A stretch of 63,956 bases of DNA, filler included, from Callorhinchus milii (Eukaryota), in assembly GCF_018977255.1 (NCBI RefSeq). It is 2 parts of 2 records of this genome, joined end to end, with 100 filler letters (N's around TTAATTAATTAA, not from the genome) between each part and the next. Parts side by side here need not be neighbours in the genome. Positions count along the whole stretch, not along the records: positions 32,053 to 63,956 come from NW_024705608.1; 1 more part is not named here. One strand, written 5' to 3'. Position numbers and translations under genes: made by a program. The notes beneath the pieces are model-generated. The model was given only the letters and a program-made list of their open reading frames with translations. It was not told the origin of the DNA and did not search any database. Below are positions 54,648 to 63,956 of the stretch, piece by piece. Positions within the stretch are counted from its first letter, which is position 1. Each line of letters begins with the position of its first letter.

Positions 54648-54867
54648 ATAATTTTGTTTTGACATAACGTGCGTGTTCAACAGAGTGAATAGACTTCACT
54701 CTGGCACACACACATGCCATGGTAAACAGCAGCAGGGGTTGTCCCCTCCACATTTAGAGTCAACATCAGCACGCGCTCAGCGTGTTTGACAGACATTGAC
54801 ACACGTAGTCTTGGTTCTAAAGTCACGTAGATAGCAAATACAAATAACAGATAATGAAATTAAATAA

Positions 54868-55080
54868 ATATTCTTAGGTTTTTTCGGTAAAGTCACCAGG
54901 TAGGTAAAAACATTAAAATTAATAAAAGTCAAATAAAATAAAGATCACGACGTTTCGGAGGCAACACAACGTCGTGATCTTTATTTTATTTTACTTTTAT
55001 TAATTTTAATGTTTTTACCTACCTGGTGACTTTACCGAAAAAACCTAAGAATATGAATCCTTGCAGTCACGAAAGCTTCA
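54868..55080 (+). mobile_element. palindromic Penelope-like remnant (arms 54868-55054) with 3' tail on the right arm only
   Basis: Near-perfect ~87-bp arms, 13-nt loop containing part of a hammerhead, then GAATCCTTGCAGTCACGAAAGC. Confidence 0.75.
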
Positions 55081-55868
55081 TCAAATCTAAAAATTAAACA
55101 AAGACCACTTGTGTTGCGGTCAAAACGTCGTGGGTTTTTTTCTTTATTTTCAATTTTTATTTAATTTAATATTTTGATCTGTTATTTTATTTTCTATCTC
55201 CGTGACTTTACAGAAAGAACCAAGAACATGAATTGCTGCAGTTACGAAAGTTTTAAGTCAAAACATTGACACACGCGTTGACAAAACCCCACCCACCCAC
55301 CTTGTTGTTGTTGTGGGCAGGTAGCTTCTGTAAACAAGAGCGGTACAGCAGCTCAGGCGGGCTTGGGCTGGTAAAAAAACTAAAAAAAACTGCATTAATA
55401 TCTACAATAAACCAAAGTGACAAAGTAGCGAGCCGCGTGAAGACAAATTAAACTTAAGGGAGGGAATTAAAGCAAACGCGACCAGGCGAGGGCAGGAGGC
55501 AAGGCCCCGCGTGTCTAGGCCCCGCGTTGTAAAGTTCCAACTTGGACATCGATTCACAAGCTGCTGCTGCTCTAGTGACATCCCTACGAGAGAGAGAGCG
55601 AGGCTCTACCTTGGTAAACAACAACAACCACAACAACAACAACCACCACAACCACAACCACCACGACGATGAGAATTTCTCACCTCGGATTTCACTGCAC
55701 GCGCGAAGCTGCAGCTTGTGACGTCACGCGGCAGCAGGTGACATGACGTCACTTCCGGGGTACAAGACATTCCCCTCCCACAACGAGTGGCTACTCTAAC
55801 TGACGTCATTAATACATTATGTTAATGTGTTGAGATCGAAACGTCGTGGGTTTTATGCTTTAATGAGT

Positions 55869-56145
55869 GACTTTACCGAAAAAGCCTAAGAGCATGAATC
55901 ATTGCAGTCACGAAAGCTTCAAATCTACAATTTAATAAACGACTTTACCGAAAAAAGCCTAAGAGTATGAATCATTGCAGTCACGAAAGCTTCAAATCTA
56001 CAATTTAATAAGCGACTTGACCGAAAAAAGCCTAAGAGTATGAATCATTGCAGTCACGAAAGCTTCAAATCTACAATTTAATAAGCGACTTGACCGAAAA
56101 AAGCCTAAGAGTATGAATCATTGCAGTCACGAAAGCTTCAAATCT
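55869..56145 (+). repeat. four tandem 72-73-bp copies of the pLTR 3' end plus tail
   Basis: GACTT(T/G)ACCGAAAAAAGCCTAAGAGTATGAATCATTGCAGTCACGAAAGCTTCAAATCT at 55869, 55941, 56014, 56087. Confidence 0.9.
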
Positions 56146-58086
56146 GGAACTCATCATGGATGTGGCTGAACGTCACCGTGTAGGAGCCCAGCGCGTGACA
56201 CCTGCGCGCGCTGGGCGAGTGGCGCAGTCTCGCTTCCCATGCAAGAGGTCGCGGGTTGGATCCCCGCGTCCTCCGCGGGCGAATATATTTTTAAATCCTT
56301 TATATTAAGTTCGCTTGCGTGCTTACTTACGACCGTGCAAATCTTTCGGTCGTTTTTTAACCCACTTCCCGTGATCCAATCGAGCTGACATTTTGCACAC
56401 AGACTCGTTGTGCGTGACAATTAATGTTCGTGAAAAAGAATGTCCAAAATTTTACACTGTTTAGGGAAATTTTTTTAAATATTTAATTACCAATTGCTTA
56501 ATGGTGGCAGGCAATCATCTGACCCATAGGTGGCAGCCATCTCAAGCCAGAAGACGAGAGGACTCTAGCCGCCACGCATATAAAGGATTTAGAGTGAAAA
56601 ACTTTGTTTTTACGGGTTATTCTTATTTTACATTTATTCAAATAGAAAACGTTGCACATTTGGTGAGTCCATTGGGCAAGGCACTGACCGCTTGATTGGA
56701 ATTTGCTGTTTATTAAAAGAAACAATTGTTGATCGAAATTTTGCTTTCATGGCTTTATTTTGGTGATTTCGAAAAGTGTATTGGTTTAGCCATGTTTGTT
56801 TGTTGTAGTACAGAGTTAGACTAATGGCCTTAATCTAAGTTGTCTTGTGGTTGTTGTTGTTGTTGTTTGACTTGCATCCCACTGGGATATTTTCACACAG
56901 CGTTGGTGTAACGGTGCTTTTTTCTGCAATATTTTGCTGTCTTTTCTTGGATTTTCTGTTTGCACTCAGTCACATATAGTCACTACAAGATGTTTTCTTG
57001 TTCGTGTTTTTGTTTGTTGCGGTTGCACCCGATTCAAGAGCTGAATGGCTCACAGGGCTACACCTAATACTTGAACTTGAACTTGAGTTTATTGCGACGG
57101 TCTCATTAACATAATTTATTCAAATTCTCATTTAGTTACAGAGCCGCTCGTTGTGGGAGGAGCCTGTCTCGTGCCCAGGAAGTGACGTCATGTCACCTAC
57201 TACCGCGTGACGTCACGAGGTAACAGGAAGCTGTCGCCCCGCGCGTGCAGTGAAATCCGAGGTGAGAAATTCTCATCGTCGTGGTTGTTGTGGTTGTTGT
57301 TGTGGTTGTTGTTGTTGTTTACCAAGCTAGAGCCTCGCTCTCTCTCTCGTAGGGATGTCAATAGAGCAGCAGCAGCTTGTGAATCGATGTCCAAGTTGGA
57401 ACTTTACAACGCGGGGCCTAGACACGCGGGGCCTTGCCTCCTGCCCTCGCCTGGTCGCGTTTGCTTTAATTCCCTCCCTTAAGTTTAATTTGTCTTCACG
57501 CGGCTCGCTACTTTGTCACTTTGGTTTATTGTAGATATTAACGCAGTTTTTTTTTTAGTTTTTTACCAGCCCAAGCCCGCCTGAGCTGCTGTACCGCTCT
57601 TGTTTACAGAAGCTACCTGCCCACAACAACAACAAGGTGGTGGGTTTTGTCAACGCGTGTCTCGGTGTTTTGACTTAAAACTTTCGTAACTGCAGCAATT
57701 CATATTCTTGGTTCTTTCGGTAAAGTCACGGAGATTAAAAAAAATAACAGATAATAATGTTAAATAAAATTAAAAAATGCAAATAAAGAATAAACCCACG
57801 ACGTTTCGATCGCAACAGAAGTGGTATTTTTTTAATTTAATTTCATGATCTGTTATTTTTATTTCCTATCTACGTGACTTTACCGAAAGAACCAAGACTA
57901 CGTGTGTCAATGTCTGTCTGTCAAAGACGCTGAATGTGGAGGGGAAAACCGGGCAGTGTGTGACAGTGTAAAGTATATTTCGATTTAAAGCTTTCGTGAC
58001 TGCAGGGATTCATCTTCTTGGTTCTTTCGGTAAAGTCACGTAGAAGGGAAGTAATAAAATAATAAAAATAAAACATAATAAAACAA

Positions 58087-58135
58087 TTCTCACGACGTTT
58101 CGGCCACAACGCAAGCAGCCGTCCTCAGGTGAAAA
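58087..58135 (-). ncRNA. minimal type I hammerhead ribozyme (PLE-type)
   Basis: Exact reverse complement of 58897-58945. Confidence 0.8.
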
Positions 58136-58896
58136 CCAGGTCCGTCGAGGCGACAGAGTCTGAATGAAACAGCACACGAGCTTGGAGCATATATATAAGC
58201 TGGGCGCATTGACAAAGGAATTTGCATATCAAAAGGAATTTAGCATATTTATGGAAATGCAGGAATGTGATTAGTACTGCATATGCATGTGCATTATGCA
58301 GGATTAACAGCATCAAAGGGAGCTGCAGTTACTGCTGCTGCAGCAGTTGCTGCTGCTGCTGCAGTTCTGCTGCTGCTGCAGTTGCTGCTGCTGCTGCACT
58401 TGCTGCTGCTGCTGCACTTGCTGCTGCTGCTGCTGCACTTGCTGCTGCTGCACTTGCTGCTGCTGCTGCACTTGCTGCTGCTGCTGCACTTGCTGCTGCT
58501 GCTAAAATGGATAAGGCAGCAACTGCAGCAGCAGCAGCAAGTGCAGCAGCAGCAGCAAGTGCAGCAGCAGCAGCAAGTGCAGCAGCAGCAGCAAGTGCAG
58601 CAGCAGCAGCAAGTGCAGCAGCAGCAGCAACTGCAGCAGCAGCAGCAACTGCAGCAGCAGCAGAAACTGCAGCAGCAGCAGCAACTGCTGCAGCAGCAGT
58701 AACTGCAGCTCCCTTTGATGCTGTTAATCCTGCATAATGCACATGCATATGCAGTACTAATCACATTCCTGCATTTCCCATAAATATGCTAAATTCCTTT
58801 TGATATGCAAATTCCTTTGTCAATGCGCCCAGCTTATATATATGCTCCAAGCTCGTGTGCTGTTTCATTCAGACTCTGTCGCCTCGACGGACCTGG

Positions 58897-58945
58897 TTTT
58901 CACCTGAGGACGGCTGCTTGCGTTGTGGCCGAAACGTCGTGAGAA
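58897..58945 (+). ncRNA. minimal type I hammerhead ribozyme (PLE-type)
   Basis: Stem I TTTTCAC/GTGAGAA, core CTGAGGA, extra C, stem II GGCTGC/GTGGCC, GAAA-C-GTC; predicted cleavage after 58938. Confidence 0.82.
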
Positions 58946-59936
58946 TTGTTTTATTATGTTTTATTTTTATTATTTTATTACTTCCCTTCTACGTGACTTT
59001 ACCGAAAGAACCAAGAAGAAAAAAAAGTGTAAAGTATATTAACTCTGATGAACACGGAGGTTGTATCAAAACAATAGTTTATTTTAGTTTTCCTCTGGAA
59101 CTCTTTATAAGAGTGGAAACAGGAAGTTAGCACAGCACACACACGTGCAGCAGCTGACGTCAGATCTGTTCATCCCATCATTCAAGGACATGTGAGCCTG
59201 GCTTCACACCGCTAAGTTGCGATTGAACAACATTCCTGCTGCTGCGGAGGGAGCTGCTAGGAACGTCGGGTTGCTCGCTCAATGGCCTGCAGGGTCAACG
59301 GCGGCGTGGTGTATTCCGCAAATATGCCCGACTGTGAGGGCGGGCACAAGCCGGTGTGAGTAGGTGAAACGTTGAGTTTTATAAGGGCACCACGGGGTGA
59401 CCAGCCCCTCCCCACCCAGCCCCACCCTCCCCACCCACCACCCAGCCCCACCCAGCCCCTCTCCACCCTCCCCACCCAGCCCCTTCCTTCACGACGGACA
59501 CAACAATCCCCTGTGGGCTGGTGTAACCAGGAGGTTAATACCAGTATTAATTTACGCATTTCTGCATAACACAAATAGGATTGTTTTCAACACCCTTTGC
59601 TATGTCAGCCGAATTTAGCTCTTATAATTTTTTCTTTTTTAGCCAGACAGCCAAAATTGTATGCTCGGAATTTTGGGTTCACATTCATTTTGAAGATACG
59701 AGGGCTTCCAGGCATATTTATGACCATTCACCCTCTCATTGTGTGCAATAACAGCCCGTGTGATGAATTTGGGAAACTGTTTCACTACATCATAAACATA
59801 TGAATAAGTATAGACGTGTAAGTCACGTGTGACTGTGTATATATGTATTCCGCTGTGCCTCGATACTGACGTGTAGATGATGTGGATATTCTTTTTTTCT
59901 GTCTGCAGCTGTTGCTTCCTGTGCATAATTGGTCTG

Positions 59937-60830
59937 ATGGAGCAAAGGCACTCGGCGCAGCTCGGTGCAAAAAGGCATCAATGCGACCGGTGTGCATACA
60001 GCACGGATTGTACTGGACATTTTACACAGCACCAGAGAACTCACACAGGAGAGAAACCCTTCAAGTGCAGTGTGTGTGGGAAGGCGTTTGCACGTTCATC
60101 TACTCTTGTAACACACCAGAGAACTCACACAGGAGAGAAACCCTTCAAGTGCAGTGTGTGTGGGAAGGCGTTTGCAGAGTCATCTACTCTTGTAGCACAC
60201 CAGAGAACACACACAGGAGAGAAACCCTTCAAGTGCAGTGTGTGTGGGAGGGCATTTTCACAGTCATCTACTCTTATAACACACCAGAGAACACACACGG
60301 GAGAGAAACCGTTCAAGTGCGGTGTGTGTGGGAAGGCGTTTGCACATTCATCTGATCTTGTAAAACACCAGAGAACACACACGGGAGAGAAACCCTTCAA
60401 GTGCACAGTGTGTGACAAGGCGTTTTCACAGTCACATAATCTTGTAGTACACCAGAGAACACACACGGGAGAGAACCCCTTCAGGTGCACTCCGTGCGGG
60501 AAGGCGTTTGCACAGTCACCAAATCTTCATAGACACCAGAGAACAAATATCCACAAGGAGTGGAGTCTGAAATCAGCTTGTGAAAGTCAAAGTGCTGCAA
60601 TGAGCCTATCCCTCATCAAACAAGAACCGGAAGAAAATCCCAGCTTGGACACTTTTAAAGGTAACGAGGTGAAATATGAAGAGGTGAAGGTGAAATGTGA
60701 AGAGGTGATGGTGAAGAGCGAAGAAGTGAAGGTAAAATGTGAAGATGAAGATTCAACTCCAGAATGGGACCTTCACATCGATGGAGGCAACGTGAAGCAG
60801 GAGGAGAATTCTGACTGTGAGGCAGAGTAA
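59937..60830 (+). CDS. KRAB-less C2H2 zinc-finger protein, 297 aa, paralog of 52238-53209
   Basis: Acceptor TTTTTTTCTGTCTGCAG ends at 59908; [13 protein letters not shown] at 59937; 7 fingers; VKxE-rich tail; early TAA compared with the paralog. Confidence 0.9.
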   Translation: MEQRHSAQLGAKRHQCDRCAYSTDCTGHFTQHQRTHTGEKPFKCSVCGKAFARSSTLVTHQRTHTGEKPFKCSVCGKAFAESSTLVAHQRTHTGEKPFKCSVCGRAFSQSSTLITHQRTHTGEKPFKCGVCGKAFAHSSDLVKHQRTHTGEKPFKCTVCDKAFSQSHNLVVHQRTHTGENPFRCTPCGKAFAQSPNLHRHQRTNIHKEWSLKSACESQSAAMSLSLIKQEPEENPSLDTFKGNEVKYEEVKVKCEEVMVKSEEVKVKCEDEDSTPEWDLHIDGGNVKQEENSDCEAE

Positions 60831-60847
60831 GGCAACTCCAAGCATCT

Positions 60848-61279
60848 TGATAATTGGTTCTTTACCCTTCTATCTGGCAACAAAACTGACACCTTTTTGC
60901 AAGGAGTCATGTTTGCATAGACCGCAATACCTGCAGTCATAATACAAACAAAAGAACATAACTCTGATAATGTGCACTGTCCCTGAAGTTGATTGGTCCA
61001 CACCCGAGACAGCTTTCCTTCGAGCCTAGTCTCATATGGGTTGGACCAGATGACCAGATGACGCCAAAAGGCGTCATCTGGTCCAACCCATATGAGACTA
61101 GGCTCGAAGGAAAGCTGTCTCGGGTGTGGACCAATCAACTTCAGGGACAGTGCACATTATCAGAGTTATGTTCTTTTGTTTGTATTATGACTGCAGGTAT
61201 TGCGGTCTATGCAAACATGACTCCTTGCAAAAAGGTGTCAGTTTTGTTGCCAGATAGAAGGGTAAAGAACCAATTATCA
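60848..61279. repeat. near-perfect ~430-bp palindrome
   Basis: TGATAATTGGTTCTTTACCC...GGGTAAAGAACCAATTATCA; 4-nt AAAA loop; 8-nt duplication bulge near the centre. Confidence 0.95.
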
Positions 61280-61319
61280 TATTTTTACTGGCAAATGAGG
61301 TCCCCATAGTGTCCAAGCA

Positions 61320-61486
61320 TCTTCTTGGTTCTTTCGGTAAAGTCACGTAGAAGGGAAGTAATACAATAATACAAATAAAACATGATCAAATAATTCTCAC
61401 GACGTTTCGGCCACAACGCAAGCAGCCGTCCTTAGGTGAAAGAACCAAGAAGATTAATCCCTGCAGTCACGAAAGCTTTAAATCGA
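61320..61486 (+). mobile_element. short Penelope-like insertion: inverted pLTR fragment with mutated hammerhead (61394-61441, minus strand) plus 3' end and tail
   Basis: Core reads CTAAGGA on the minus strand; ends AAGAACCAAGAAGATTAATCCCTGCAGTCACGAAAGCTTTAAATCG. Confidence 0.75.
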
Positions 61487-61682
61487 AACTCCCAGCAGTT
61501 TGTGGAGGTGTGGCTGGACTTCCAAGACAACACAAAGTCAAATGGAGACCCGGTAGATGTGTCAGCCTGAGACGATGTCGCTGCAATAGATGCACCTTTG
61601 TCACAGGCCTTTAATGACAATAACGTGAAGTTGAACACTCAGTTCCTAGGTTCAACCTGCAGGGTAAGAGCGAGTGGCCAGT

Positions 61683-62039
61683 TACTGCAGCTACATACTA
61701 TTAACACTCCTTCCCTTTGTTAATGCTACCCCTATCCCCTTCCTTTGATGCTGCTAATTCTGCATAATGCACGGGCATAAGTAGTACTAATCACATACCT
61801 GCATTTCTCATAAATATGCTAAATGCCTCTTGATTTGCAAATTCCTTTGTCAAGGCACCCAGCTTATATATATGCTCCAAGCTCGTGTGCTGTTTCATTC
61901 AGACGCTGTCACCTCGACAGACCTGGTTTTTACCTGAGGACGGCTGCTTGCGTTGTGGCCGAAACGTCTTGAGAATTGTTTTATTTTTATTATTTTATTA
62001 CTTCCCTTCTACGTGACGACTTTACCGAAAGAAGCAAGA
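61683..62039 (+). mobile_element. solo Penelope-like pLTR with hammerhead (61927-61975) and 12-bp TSD
   Basis: TSD CGAGTGGCCAGT at 61671-61682 and 62040-62051; empty site in the inverted paralog near 52112-52123; CTGAGGA...GAAACGTC intact. Confidence 0.85.
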
Positions 62040-62577
62040 CGAGTGGCCAGTCTTAGTGGACCTGTGGGTTGAGTCAATCTCTCACCAGGAGCGAGAGCCA
62101 ATAAGCCCCCAATCATTCACGATGTTCTCATCATAATTGCTGTTGCATGGTGCTTGTCTGAAACACTCGAAGAGCATCCCCAAGTAGCAGCTGCCCCTGT
62201 GTGGCAGAAGGTGGTTGCCCTGCACCGGCCTGCGTGTTGTCAAGAGCCTGTCAGTAGTGGGCGATGATTGATCTGTTATCTCAGCTGTGTCGTTAGTCGG
62301 TAATGTTTAGAATTAGCTACATTTTTGACCCAGACGCCAACTTGCAAAGGCCTACTCGTTTTGAATTGCACAATTGTGTGTTTCACATCCACTGTTCAGT
62401 AGAGGGTGCATTCTTTAAATAGCTCCTTGTTAATAAGATGTTATCTAAACTATATTGTTCAATTTTGGAAGAACGTAATCAACCAGGTAGGGTGTTGACT
62501 GTTGTGTTGGCTGACTCTTGTGTTGTGTTGCATTATATTTCTAAGTTCACTATGTTTGTTTTCTCATTCAATTGTTG

Positions 62578-62618
62578 TACCTGACGATGGTTGCTTGTGT
62601 TCCAATCGAAACGTCGTA
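62578..62618 (+). ncRNA. minimal hammerhead ribozyme, second subfamily (inverted, GAAG-mutated counterpart at ~51533-51575)
   Basis: TAC-CTGACGA-T-GGTTG-loop-CAATC-GAAA-C-GTC-GTA; the counterpart has CTGATGA. Confidence 0.7.
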
Positions 62619-62769
62619 TTCTATTAAATTTCGTTCTACGTGACTTTACTGAAAGAACCAGAGAATAAGATGTTATCTGATGCAGTATATTTCACTGCAG
62701 TTATTAAATTTTGTGCATATGCCTGTCAATAATTTAGAATGAATACTTGTCTGATTGTGTGCGTACATG

Positions 62770-63323
62770 TAACACACACTGTACGTACACAATGTACACA
62801 CAGAGTACACACAGAGTACACACACAGTGTACACACACACAGTGTACACATACACACAGTGTACACACACGCACAGTGTACACACACACAGTGTACACAC
62901 ACACACAATGTACACGCACTGTGTATACACACTGTGTATACACAGTGTACACTCACTGTGTACACACACACACTGTGTATACACAGTGTACACACACAGT
63001 GCACACACACACAGTGTACACACAGACAGTGTATATACACACACACAGTGTACACACACAGTGTACACACACTGTACACACACACACTGTGTACACACAC
63101 ACACCAGTGTACACACACACAGTGTGCACACACACCACAGTGTACACACACAGTGTACACACACACAGTGTACACACACACAGTGTACACACCACACACA
63201 CAGTGTACACACACACGTGTACACACACACAGTGTGCACACACACACACACACACACACAGTGTGCACACACACAGTGTACACACACACACAGTGTACAC
63301 ACACACACACAGTGTACACACAC
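62770..63323. repeat. (CA)n/AGTGTAC compound simple repeat
   Basis: CACACAGTGTACACA units. Confidence 0.95.
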
Positions 63324-63637
63324 CCAAGGGGTCTCTGTTCAAGAGATGGAGCAATGGAAAATGGATCTAAATCAACTTAGACTCCAACCCCGCTCTGTGA
63401 CGTCACCACTCAGCATTACGTCATCCGCGTGAAACGCCAAGGGAGGTGTACCTCGCTAGTGACGTCATGTCACCAAGGATGTCACCCCCCTCCCCCCCGT
63501 CCACCGCGCTCTTGAACGTGACGTCACCTCCGCCTCGGTCACTGCAGAGATCGTTCCAGTTGCCAATCCTTATTTGGGCAAAGCCACGCCCAGTGACTGG
63601 CGGCTCATTAACATAAAGAGTTCGTTAAAGACGTCAC

Positions 63638-63956
63638 GAGTTTATTGCGACGGTCTCATTAACATAATTTATTCATATTCTCATTTAGTTACAAAGCCGC
63701 TCGTTGTGGGAGGGGCGTGTCTCGTACCCAGGAAGTGACGTCATGTCACCTGCTACCGCGTGACGTCACGAGGTAACAGGAAGCTGTCGCTCCGCGCGTG
63801 CAGTGAAATCCGAGGTGAGAAATTCTCATCGTCGTGGTGGTTGTTGTGGTTGTTGTTGTTGTTGTGGTTGTTGTTGTTGGTTTACCCAGCTAGAGCCTCG
63901 CGCTCTCTCTCGTAGGGATGTCAATAGAGCAGCAGCAGCTTGTGAATCGATGTCCA
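63638..63956. repeat. third copy of a CRE/ETS-rich CpG element (direct copy of ~57087-57393, inverted copy at ~55540-55810)
   Basis: GAGTTTATTGCGACGGTCTCATTAAC...CAGGAAGTGACGTCATGTCACC...GTGACGTCACG. Confidence 0.85.

Larger units (their letters stand above)
57980..59025 (-). mobile_element. non-autonomous Penelope-like element with inverted pLTRs (palindrome 58013-59019), 33-nt tail and 15-bp TSD
   Basis: TSD AGTGTAAAGTATATT at 57965-57979 and 59026-59040; tail 57980-58012 on one arm only; hammerhead motif in each arm; CTG/CAG-repeat centre. Confidence 0.85.

Noticed and set aside
58222..58764. poly-Ala/poly-Gln/poly-Cys ORFs on both strands
   Set aside because: By-product of CTG/CAG repeats at the centre of the palindromic element; no coding signature
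59044..59072. CTGATGA motif as an additional hammerhead
   Set aside because: No stem II and no GAAA-N-UH arrangement follows
59877..59936. N-terminal extension [10 protein letters not shown] of the ZNF ORF
   Set aside because: Spans a polypyrimidine tract and splice acceptor; the paralog starts at MEQR
62673..63432. ~200-aa ORFs in many frames
   Set aside because: Simple (CA)n/GTGTAC repeat that lacks stop codons

Overview
Vertebrate nuclear DNA in two dissimilar halves, joined at 31953-32052 by an artificial 100-nt linker (Ns with TTAATTAATTAA in the middle). The left half (1-31952) resembles cartilaginous fish (Callorhinchus-type repeats, by inference). It holds a largely decayed tRNA gene cluster, tRNA-derived Deu-type SINEs sharing their 3' tail with an L2-clade LINE, a 4.1-kb 47-bp minisatellite, a two-exon GPR139/142-like GPCR gene with a GC-AG intron, an LTR, and a ZNF143/YY1-type promoter. 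The right half (32053-63956) has a completely different repeat landscape. It contains about 3.7 near-identical 4.48-kb tandem units carrying a C2H2 zinc-finger gene. It also contains an ~11-kb imperfect inverted duplication with two divergent ZNF paralogs, densely invaded by a non-autonomous Penelope-like family. That family shows inverted pLTR palindromes, a ~33-nt 3' tail, target-site duplications and minimal hammerhead ribozymes, and is the most interesting biological signal here. A 1.86-kb block (30 N plus 1830 nt of random-looking sequence, 35501-37360) replaces part of the tandem array in register and looks foreign or artefactual.
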